From positions 38,378,001 to 38,442,000 of the forward strand of contig OX597834.1 in NCBI GenBank assembly GCA_951406725.2: a DNA stretch of 64,000 nucleotides. The letters are read 5' to 3'. The stretch comes from Octopus vulgaris. Lineage: Eukaryota. The translations under genes and the position numbers were made by a program. This document shows positions 13,881 through 23,721 of this stretch, one piece after another. Position 1 is the stretch's first letter. The number at the start of each line of letters is the position of its first letter. The notes under the pieces are model-generated. The model was given only the letters and a program-made list of their open reading frames with translations, did no database searches and was not told where the DNA came from.

Positions 13881-14408
13881 GTATAGGAACACAGTAACAA
13901 ATCTGGAAAAGATGCATTTGATTAAATGAATCCTAAAAGTTTACAGGTACTTTATTTCGTCTATCTAGGAATGATGAAAAAAAAAAAAATAAAGCTGACC
14001 TCAGTGCAATTTAGACTCAGAATGTAAAGTGCTATACCTAAATACCGCTAAGCATTTTGTCGATGTTTTAAGTGGTACGGTATAACTCGGAAAAAAAGAT
14101 GTTTGATTGCAAGATTGAAATATATATACACATATAGACGCTGAAGTTTTCTACAAAATCCGGTCGGCCTCTACAATTGTCTCAAGTCGATTAATCCCTT
14201 GCAAGTGAAATTTGAAGACAAGAACTCTTTTCAGTCACTGGACTGCGGCCATATAGTTATTCTGAGGCATTGCCTTCAAGGGTTTAGAGCAGCGGTTCTC
14301 AACCATTTTTTGCCTGTGAACCCCTTTGATTCCTATTTTACTCGGGTGAACCCTCATTGCTATTCAATGTTTAAAACAACCTAATGATATTTTTGTAATT
14401 AAATGTTA

Positions 14409-15890
14409 CTAGACTACTAGACTACCTGTGACCCGTTGGGTCACCAAATAGTTCAAGGTACCCGAAAAAACTGTGCATCTCAGGGATCCGTGGTCCGATT
14501 TGCGCGAAAATTCTGTTATTCTGAGTGTATTCACATATCAATGGAACCTTACTTTCAAAGCATTTTCCCCCACTGTACGGCGGTTTGGCTATTTATAAAG
14601 GTACCGGAAAACCCGCGTTTCTCGGTAACCCGTGGTCCGATTTACGCAAAACTTGTTTTATTCCGTTTGTATTCACATGAGCATCCGATTCATGACAGTT
14701 CCTGATTTTGTCTCTTTCCCTCTGTTTCGCCAGACGCTCAACTCTTGATGTGTCCGAATTCCAGACCCTCAACCTTTGCTTTATCAGTCTCATCGACTCT
14801 TCTATTCGCATGTCTGACTCGATCTTGGGTAAATATTTCGTAAAGGATCCGTCTGTACTTCGGTGTGAAATAATTTTTTCCATAGGTTTTTCCGAGTGCA
14901 TTCAACGTATCTCACCTTCAAATCCACCGCAAGCCACTTTCTTCCGGAAAAGAAAGAAGAGAGGGGTTGTGGGGACCTCGGAGTTTCCCGGGAAATCCTG
15001 AGTTTCTCACCAACGGAGTTTTGTTTCGTGATTTTGTTTTTCTTCTCCAGGTTATTTCACATGCTTTCAACGAGTGTGATATTGAAATCACTCGTAAACT
15101 GCTTCTTTCCTCCAGAAAAGGAAAGATTTGGCTGCTATTTCTTGCACGCCCTGCTACCACGTAACTGCTATTTCGGGTCCTTTATCGCAAATAGCTGTTA
15201 CGTGAGAGCAGAACGTGCTAGAAATAGCAGCTAAATCTTTGGATCAGAGATACATTAAATGCACTCGAAAAAAAAACCAAGGGAAAAAATTATTGCACAC
15301 CGAGGTTACGAACGAGTCTTTTATGCAATATTTACCGTATTTTAAAAGTCATTTTCGCTTTAAAATATCTTTTAAATATACACAAATATATTTGTAATGG
15401 TATTCACTTGAAAATAATTTTTAAAAAGATTAAAATATTGTCTATTTAAAGAAACCTAAAATATAGATACTTACAGTACAAACAATTTATATTTTTGAAA
15501 TCACATTCACTTAAAAATATTTCTAAGTGAGTAAAATATTGTGTTTAACAAAAGCGAAAATAGAAACAAACTTGTATATTTTTTGGCAAGTTCAAGTCAC
15601 CAAGACTTTTGCCCATCATCATGTGTCTAGTCGAAAGGTCAGAGTTTCTTTCCTTTCAGGGTTAAGGTATTTTCGGAGTATTTTCCCACTATGCACCGTT
15701 TTGGGTATTTATACCCCCCAAATCCCCAATATCTCAAGAACTAGTTGTCCGATTTGCGCGAACTTTGTTTTATTCCGTTTGTATTAATATTTCATGATAT
15801 CCTTAATTCGTTCCAGCACACAATCTCAGATCAGGTCACTTGCTATGCAAGTACATCTCCGCTAAACTTAATTCATAGTAATTTACCATT
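14409..15890 (-). mobile_element. Non-autonomous Helitron-like element
   Basis: The minus strand ends in hairpin GTGACCC-AAC-GGGTCAC (14428-14444) followed by CTAG|T. Internal repeat GTCCGATTT(G/A)CGC.AA at about 14492, 14635 and 15747. The 5' end was not pinned down. Confidence 0.55.
14828..15338. mobile_element. Fold-back (long inverted repeat) element
   Basis: About 14828-14915 is the reverse complement of about 15245-15338, and there is a central hairpin at 15124-15238. Confidence 0.7.
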
Positions 15891-16254
15891 ATGCGCCAGT
15901 TTGACTGTCTAACATAGCAAGCAAGCAAGATTGAAGTTCATTTTTAATATAATATATTAATTAGGAACTGTACAAAAAAAAATAATATATTTGTGTATAG
16001 TTGAATTATAGCCTATTATTAAAAATCTTTTATTATTATACTGTTATAATAAAATATCATTAGGAATTGTATAAAAAAAATTGTTGTAACATTTTGTGTT
16101 TTGCCGAAGTATAACCAACTTATTGCGTTTAAATTTTAACGAATAAAATCTTATATGGACCCCACTTGAGAAACACTTGTTTAGAGGATCATATCGGCAC
16201 GAGTATTTATTTGAATCTGGTAGTTATTTTCTAATTTCTATTTGTTACGTCTAG

Positions 16255-16570
16255 TCGGGTCAGGAATCTCATCACAGTCTGATGTGACCTGCTACTGGTA
16301 CCGTGTAAATCAGAACTACTTTTTCCATGGTCGAGTGGTCTGCGACTAAACCGTCTCCCCCAATTGAGTAGCTTATTAGTCTTATAAGGAGGGTGCCTGG
16401 ACACTGAGGTAGACTACAAACAAGACCTGTCGAAGGGTGGATGAGCTCCTTGTGGGCCAACGGTGGGAAGGCAATGGCAAACCACCCCAATATCTCTGCT
16501 AAGAAAACTCTAGTCAGAACAAAGTAACGTTAGGGCTCCATCCAATGAGAGGACACGCGCTTAATCGGAA
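16255..16570 (+). mobile_element. RTE-associated non-coding element (SINE or UTR)
   Basis: GGAAGGCAATGGCAAACCAC (about 16466) resembles the BovB/Bov-A conserved motif. Its 5' blocks are shared with 47365-47550. Confidence 0.5.
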
Positions 16571-16879
16571 AGATTCTCGTTGTAGCGTCATCAGCGCGCT
16601 GAAAAAGAATGTATGAAACATGATGGCGACGACAATTTGTTTCGGGACATTAAGAAACATATGAACACAAATTCGGTTTTAATTATCAACGAAAATCTAA
16701 CCATAGAGCGGTCACAGGCGCATATCTGTCTGCAGACAATGATAGAAACGTTTGGGGCCTATTACACAGACTTTTATCTCCTATCTACAAGATTGTGGTT
16801 ATGCCAATTAAATTATTCATAGGGTTCTTTGGCATATAAACTATAGAATGAAATCGGAGACATGATCTGTTATACACAT

Positions 16880-16985
16880 ACCGCCGATTACGACGAAGAG
16901 AATTCCAGTTGATCCAATCAACAGAACAGCCTGCCCATGAAATTAACGTGCAAGTGGCTGAGTATTCCACAGACATGCATACTTT
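16880..16985 (-). mobile_element. SINE tail type i fragment
   Basis: CAGCCTGCCCATGAAATTAACGTGCAAGTGGCTGAG is the reverse complement of about 135-175. Confidence 0.8.
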
Positions 16986-16996
16986 CAAAGCTATTA

Positions 16997-17064
<68 letters not shown>

Positions 17065-17067
17065 CTA

Positions 17068-17287
17068 CAGTAATCCAGATAGGCCATATCGCGATTCACC
17101 TATCGCAGACTCAGTACATTGCGGTTCACCTATCGCGCACTCAGTACATCGCGGATTTTTCTGACTAACATATGTAAATTTATATCGCGGGTTTCTGCAG
17201 CCGATAAGTATTTATATTTTCTTAGATTTTAATTATTTCTGTAGAAGGTTTTGGAACGTAACACCTGCGATAGTCAAGGGATCACTG
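17068..17287. mobile_element. Tc1/mariner (pogo/Tigger-like) MITE
   Basis: TA|CAGTAATCC...GGGATCACTG termini. Internal tandem duplication of TTCACCTATCGC..ACTCAGTACAT. Confidence 0.65.
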
Positions 17288-17930
17288 TCTCAGGAATCAA
17301 ACGCCCCAGCAGAAATACAATTTCAAGAGGTTACATATTCTAAGGTCATCTGTAAAGTTCTAACAAAATTCTACTTTTTAGAATAACTGTGGAATATCCT
17401 TGCGCACGGTTAGCGTACATTAATATCTATAACTAATTCGCTTTTGGTTTTTTATTGGTGATCTTTGTAATTCTCTCACCAATCCAATAATGCACAGATA
17501 CAGCTATCTATATGTCATGTTTCTAAGTACATTTTGAGCAGCACTAAGAAATTTCTGGGTTTTTTTTTAATGTATTTCCATTGTTTGCTTCAGAGTAACA
17601 TATATGACTATTTCATTCATTTTCTTTTCTTTCATTTCCGGAATACTCAGTAATATATTATCACAATTTTTTTCGATTAAAATTCAGTTTTACGTATATA
17701 CAAACACCACACATAGAGAGACAGCTCTCACGCACGCATGCACACGCACGCACGCACACACACGCACACACACACACACATGCGCACAAACACTTTTACA
17801 CACATACACGCACACACACTTACATACATAGCAACAACAACAATAATATTTTCTTTATTAACAACCTAGCGTTAACAGAAATACACAGATCACTATTTGA
17901 AATTTCTCAGAGATTTTAGTATATCTGTTG

Positions 17931-18072
17931 GGCTAGTTCTCAACAGGGGTTCATATGGCCCTTGGGGTCCATATAAGATTGCAGTAAATTGCTTATTCTT
18001 CTAGAATACACAAATTATTTAAATTTTTTTAATACAGTTCCTAATAATATTTAATTATAATAATACAGTACA

Positions 18073-18149
<77 letters not shown>

Positions 18150-18315
18150 TAAGGATCAGATCGATATTTAAATACCGATCCTCGCCAGGTGGCCAGCATG
18201 GGAATAAAAACCTTTCAAAGGTAATAATTATATATATATCGAATGAGTATGGAGATCCAGTAGAGTAAAAAAGAATCAAAGGGGTCCATAGGCAAAAAAT
18301 GGTGAAGAACCATTG
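17931..18315 (-). mobile_element. hAT-type MITE interrupted by (TA)n and an insert of about 80 bp
   Basis: GTTCTCAACAGGGG...GGGGTCCATAGGCAAAAAATGGTGAAGAACCATTG is the reverse complement of the 14290/37447 family. Confidence 0.75.
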
Positions 18316-18339
18316 TCCTAGAGTGACAAGTTTATTTGA

Positions 18340-18480
18340 GCCGGGCGAAATGCTTAGCGGTATTTCGCCCGTCCTTACGTTCTGAGTCCAAATCTCACCG
18401 AGGTCGACTTTGCCTTTCATCCTTTCAGGGTCGCTAAAATAAATACTAGTAGAGCATTGGGGTCGATGTAATCGACTTAT
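18340..18480 (+). mobile_element. SINE family A, 5'-truncated
   Basis: GCCGGGCGAAATGCTTAGCGGTATTTCG...GAGGTCGACTTTGCCTTTCATCC. Confidence 0.85.
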
Positions 18481-19154
18481 TTTGCGCCTGGATAAGAATA
18501 TAAAAAACTGCAACCCTTAGCCAAACAATATGGGGCAAGTGTAGCAGAGTCGGTTCATCAAACTAGTATGAGCTGAAGCTCAAATTCACGGCCTCCATAT
18601 CAAACCGTGGTTGGTGGAGATAACATGCTGATGCCTTCGTTCTGCAGTGGAATGAACATAGGCAATCCAAAAGTCACTTATCTTGCTAGAAATAGTAGCC
18701 ATGCTCTATCAACACAAACAGTAGCACTTTGAACAAGTAGAATACATTGGATTATGTAGTTCAAGGTACCCACCGAGACAAAAAAAAAAAACAACAACAA
18801 CGAAAAAAAAACACAGAATGGGCATGGCTGGAAACTATGTGATCATCTATCTATTCATTCAAGGTCAACTTTAGGCTAAACAGCAAGCATAAAAATATTG
18901 AAATGCCGACTAGTATAAAAACTATTTACATTCTACCAGATGCTCTGTTTAATTTGGAAACATGCTAACACAACACAGCTACAAAGTACAGCATTGCCTG
19001 TATAAGGTAGGGATAGGAGAAGTAGTCTTGTTCCGCTCAATTGTATTTCTGACCTATGTGAACTAGCATAGTCACTGCTAGCATAGATAATGTAGCGAGA
19101 AAAAATGTCATTATGTTAATCATTAATTCTAACTAAATGTAAAAGGATAATCAT

Positions 19155-19440
19155 GTGGTCACGTGATAAACCAGACTGTAGGATGTTATACATCGCTGAT
19201 CACAATGCGCTTTGTCTTTTTGTAGCATTTGTATGATGCCACCCCGCTGGCTAGGCGAACAGGTCAGCATTTCCCCTGATCGGAAAACTAGTCGGTTTCA
19301 GGATTATCCACTTACAGTTGCATGGACTGGAGCAATGTGAAATGAACTATTTTGATCAAGACGCAAAATACTGTGGGAACTGAATTCTCAATCTCATGAT
19401 GGTGAGTGCAACACTCTAACCAGTAGACCACGGGTCTTTA
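19155..19440 (-). mobile_element. Decayed SINE with a family D head and tail type ii
   Basis: 19155-19265 matches the reverse complement of the 20880-20987 tail. 19320-19440 matches the reverse complement of the 42030-42165 head. Confidence 0.65.
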
Positions 19441-20590
19441 CAAAAGGATAATAGCTAATTCAATTAATTAATTTAATTAACAATAATTTAATTAACAATA
19501 GGCAATGTATGAAAGTGAGTCTCATCTGTGTTAGTATGGTGACAACTGCAGGCATATTTTAATAGTATTAAACCTCCTCAGGAAACCAAAATGTTATCAG
19601 AATTTGCCAAAATTTGATTATAGAGTTTTAGATATTTCACTCTCAGTCATTCTTTTAAGTGTAATGTATTGAGAAGGTAGAAATTAAAAAATCAGTATGG
19701 CTGAATTATAAGGACAGGTGCCTTATTTTCAACTGTCATTTTCTGCAAACTTTAGCTCTGTTTTATCGCTCCATTGTGTGAATATGTCAATCTGTGTTGA
19801 CAGTCTAACGGGGTCTGTTTGTCATTTCGTCAGTGTCAAACAAATAATAAACAATGTATTTCTGACCTACATATATTGACTTAAGGTCGATACGGACTCT
19901 AGACTCTCTTAGCAACGTGACACTTCACTACCTGTCCCAGGAATAGAACTCATACGCGCGCGCACTCTCTCTCTCTCTCTCTCTCCACTTCAGACACAGA
20001 TACACATACACACACTCTTCAAATGTCACAAGTGTGTTTTAGACATATTTCTGTTCTACCTAAAGGTATCAACAACAGGTTATATATATATATATATATA
20101 TATATATAACATCATGTGGCTAAAATTAAATTCTTATTCCCATAGAGTTATAGTTTAAAAAGATGATAGTGAAAAATATGATTACTTTAAAACGCCAGAC
20201 AGCATGACGCAAGTAGGAGAAAGGAAGAAAAGTAAGAATTAGAATAGCAATAATAATATGTACAATTTAATGAACAGACAGAAGAATCCTCAAAGGGACT
20301 TACAGTAGATAGTGTCAAGAAGTCTAACGAACAACACGCAACAAACACAAAGGTCTGTAAGTTCAGTAAGAGGAAGAGAGCTTATAGAAACCTACAAAAA
20401 CTGGCTATTAACTAAGTTTCATTGTTGCAGTGATATTGTGTCAATGACCTGTTTGCACTAATGTATCAAGTACTGAGACACCCTCAAGAAATAAATGAAA
20501 AGTGAATATGATTTTTTTTGTGTACTTTTAGTTAAAATAGCTCTTCGACGAGATAATTGTCTTATATGTATATGTATGTGTGTATGTATG

Positions 20591-20682
<92 letters not shown>

Positions 20683-20686
<4 letters not shown>

Positions 20687-20987
20687 AGGCGCAAGGGCCC
20701 AGTGGTTAGGGCAGCGGACTCGCGGTCGTAGGATCGCGGTTTCGATTCTCAGTCCGGGCGTTGTGAGTGTATATTGAGTGGAAACACCTAAAGCTCCACA
20801 ACGCTCCGGCAGGGGGTGTTGGCGATCCCTGCTGTACTCTTCCGCCGCAACTTTCTCTCACTCTTTCTTCTGTTCGCCTGCTGCTCGCGGGGTGGCGTCA
20901 TTTGAAGGCTAAAGCAATGCAAAGCCCATTGTGACCAGCGATGTGTAGCAACATCTAATAGCCTGGTCGGTCACGTGATCACGTGAT
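20683..20987 (+). mobile_element. tRNA-derived SINE family C with tail type ii
   Basis: Head GTGGAGGCGC..GGCCCAGTGGTTAGGGCAGCGGACTCGCGGTC...GGTTTCGATTC has A/B-box-like motifs. It ends in (CACGTGAT)2. Confidence 0.9.
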
Positions 20988-21209
20988 AAATAAATAAATA
21001 AATAAATAAATATATATATATATATATATAGATAAGAAAGTTGGTTTGTGAAAGCACGTGGGTGAATATATAAAAAATAGTAAAGAGTGAAAAAACGACA
21101 GAAGGCTTAAATGTTAAAAAATATATATATTTGCGTCAATATGTCTGAAGAATATTAGAAAATTAAAAAAAAAAAATTTTTTTTTCTTTTATAATGACAT
21201 AATTTTTAA

Positions 21210-21246
21210 AGAAAGACCGGTTTCGCATTTAGCTTTTCAAATTTCT
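21210..21246 (-). ncRNA. Minimal type I hammerhead-like motif (U3:A8 variant) in the 3' pLTR
   Basis: Minus strand AGAAA-T-TTGAAAA-GC-TAAAT-GC-GAAA-CCGG-TC-TTTCT. Confidence 0.6.
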
Positions 21247-21379
21247 TGTGACGTTGTGTTTATGTTGAATAGAGTTATCCTTGTGTTTATGCTCCGGAGA
21301 GTTCTAAATAAGGGAAGGTAGTGGGTGATTTCTTCCGGTGTAAGGGAGATAATCGCTTAAAAAAATTTTTTCCTTTCCC

Positions 21380-22441
21380 TTAATGTGAATTTCTCTGTAT
21401 CAGTATGTTCGGATGGTTGAGTCTGGGCTTGTACTTTTCAATGAAGAATGTTTCCTTGTTTAGTCTAATTTGTGTTGATGATCCGAAAGCACATTGGTAA
21501 AATGGAAAGATTAAAAATTGTGGTAGTAGTTGCTTTGCGCATTTCTCAATGTGCTCACTAAAAGGTATCATTCTATATTCTGGGAATGCAATCTGTTGTC
21601 GATGCAGTGTGCATCTACGTCTGAGTGATAGTCCCGTGGAACCCACGTAGTCTTGGTGGCAGCCCGAGCATTTTATGACATAAATTATTTTTTCAGAGGC
21701 ACAAGTAAAGTTAGATTTGATCTTGAATTTCTGTCCCTCTTTAAAGAGGAATTCTGATCCTTCTAGCAGGTTAGGACATGTTGCACAGTTCGATCTACCA
21801 CATTGTTTTACTTTTGCATCCGTAATTTCAGAAGACAATTTTGCCTTTGTGAGAATCTTTTTAAGTGATTTAGGCTGTTTGTAGCTTTTAATGATTTGGT
21901 GTATGTTTAGAATTTCCTTTAATTTGGGGTTTTTATGAAGTATTGGTAAATTCTGGGTGATGATGGTGAAGGCTTCTTTGTTTCTGGGGTTGTATGTAGA
22001 TATGTAAGGTAGTATTTTCGGGGAAGGTGTGTTGTTGTGTTGAACTTTTCTTAAAGTTTCTATGTTGATTTCTGTTGCACGTCTGATCCCATCCTCTATG
22101 AGTTGAGCTGGGTAATGTCTGTCAATTAGGGTGTTTTTGAGTTCTTGCAGTCTAAAGTTCCTGGTATTTTGTTCTGACACTATTGTGCATATCCTTCTTG
22201 CAAGGTTGAAGGGGATGTTTGTTTTAGTGTGTCTTGGGTGGCATGAATTAAAGAGAAGGTATTGTTTGGCGTCTGTGGCTTTATAAAAAATGTATGTTTC
22301 TATTTTAAGGTTAATTTTTTTAATTAGTATATCCAAGAACGGGAGCTCCTTTTGGTTGTATTCCATTGTGAACTGTATATTTGGGTTTATGCTGTTCAAT
22401 AGGTTTTTAAATTTTAGGAGTTTATCTGTGTTTTCATTCCA
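21380..22441 (-). CDS. Partial Penelope-like ORF: RT C-terminus/thumb, Cys linker and GIY-YIG endonuclease
   Basis: Motifs INPNIQFTME..LPFLDI, SCHPRHTKTNIPFNLARRI, CGRSNCATC and IIYVIKCSGCHQDYVGST..LRRR..LH, with no stops. The ORF-track N-terminus MISSGVRE comes from the inverted repeat. The RT catalytic DD is absent. Confidence 0.92.
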   Translation of the reverse strand, partial: WNENTDKLLKFKNLLNSINPNIQFTMEYNQKELPFLDILIKKINLKIETYIFYKATDAKQYLLFNSCHPRHTKTNIPFNLARRICTIVSEQNTRNFRLQELKNTLIDRHYPAQLIEDGIRRATEINIETLRKVQHNNTPSPKILPYISTYNPRNKEAFTIITQNLPILHKNPKLKEILNIHQIIKSYKQPKSLKKILTKAKLSSEITDAKVKQCGRSNCATCPNLLEGSEFLFKEGQKFKIKSNFTCASEKIIYVIKCSGCHQDYVGSTGLSLRRRCTLHRQQIAFPEYRMIPFSEHIEKCAKQLLPQFLIFPFYQCAFGSSTQIRLNKETFFIEKYKPRLNHPNILIQRNSH

Positions 22442-22543
22442 CTCCCTTACACCGGAAGAAATCACCCACTACCTTCCCTTATTCAGAACTCTCCGGAGCA
22501 TAAACACAAGGATAACTCTATTCAACATAAACATAACGTCACA

Positions 22544-22580
22544 AGAAATTTGAAAAGCTAAATGCGAAACCGGTCTTTCT
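22544..22580 (+). ncRNA. Identical hammerhead-like motif in the inverted pLTR
   Basis: Same sequence on the plus strand; predicted cleavage after GUC (C22575). Confidence 0.6.
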
Positions 22581-22710
22581 TTAAAAATTATGTCATTATA
22601 AAAGAGAAAAAATCTTTTTTTTTTTAATTTTCTAATATTCTTCAGACATATTGACGCAAATATATATATTTTTTAACATTTAAGCCTTCTGTCGTTTTTT
22701 CACTCTTTAC

Positions 22711-22759
<49 letters not shown>

Positions 22760-23074
22760 TACATGCGCACACACACATCACACAGACGTGCGCGTAGACA
22801 AAAACAAGAATGTGTCTCGCACTCGTTTACATTATAACAAGAAACATTTAGTTACAATTATTAGTGACTGAGAGTGCAAGATAACACATACATTGCGAAA
22901 AACAAGAGTCAAAGAACCTTAAAGCCACAAAAGCACAGTTTTATGTACTGACAAACGAATTTGGCTTATCAGTATAGTACCCTCGCTCACCGTAGGTCGG
23001 TTATCTCCCCTGTCAGTCCACAGATCTGTGCATTTTGTGGCTATAAGGATCTTTGACTATATATATATATATAT

Positions 23075-23215
23075 ATATATATAAATGGCAATTTCTATTT
23101 GTCCGTCTGTTATCACCTTACTGCCTAAACTAGTGAACCAATCTCCACCAAAGTTTGCATAAACTAACATCCTGTTCAATAACAGGCTAATTGAATTTCA
23201 ATAGAAACCTATAAT
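23075..23215 (+). mobile_element. Helitron-like non-autonomous 5' end
   Basis: TATATATAAA...TGTCCGTCTGT...AAACTAGTGAACCAATCTCCACCAAAGTTTGCAT resembles Helitron-N 5' regions. Confidence 0.4.
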
Positions 23216-23524
23216 GTGTCACCTGTACGTATGTATGTATGTATGCATATATATATATATATATATTTACTCAGGCATACGAATCTCTCTCTCCTTCTCT
23301 CTCTCTCTCTCTCGCTTTGTGTGTGTATTCTCCGCAGAGAAGAATTGGACATTGGAAGTACACAGTTTATATTCCCGAACAAGAACAATATTTACTCCCG
23401 CGTGTCCGATTACCACTTCACCAATATATCGATGAGAATAAATAAAAAATAATCCATTTCATGAAACATTAAGAACTCAGCAGAGATTATTTTGGTTAAC
23501 GTTTACACACTACCTCTTAGGCCA

Positions 23525-23618
<94 letters not shown>

Positions 23619-23721
23619 AATATAAATATATATATTTATTTATTTATACATTTACACGCACAAATTCACACACACACGCACTCTCACACACACACATACA
23701 CATACATATATACATATATAT

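Larger units (their letters stand above)
14290..16178 (+). mobile_element. hAT-type MITE carrying about 1.5 kb of nested insertions
   Basis: TIRs CAGCGGTTCTCAAC / CTTGAGAAACACTT and an exact 8-bp TSD GTTTAGAG (14282-14289, 16179-16186). Both halves match the uninterrupted copy at 37447-37699. Confidence 0.85.
21031..22716 (-). mobile_element. Penelope-like retroelement (Neptune-type), 5'-truncated, with an inverted pseudo-LTR, inserted in (TA)n
   Basis: RT/GIY-YIG ORF, 275-bp near-identical inverted repeats (21074-21348 and 22442-22716), and (TA)n on both flanks. Confidence 0.93.

Noticed and set aside
14593-15234. Cluster of 65-112 aa ORFs in GC-richer sequence
   Set aside because: They lie within the Helitron-like and fold-back repeats and show no recognisable domain or splice structure.
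21074-22716. Possible novel DNA transposon with 275-bp TIRs and a GIY-YIG transposase
   Set aside because: The ORF carries PLE RT motifs and is cut at the inverted arm, and the element extends about 45 bp beyond one arm. This fits the known inverted-pLTR structure.
23265-23530. Possible solo LTR with AATAAA between (TA)n tracts
   Set aside because: No clear TG...CA termini or TSD, and no second copy in the window.
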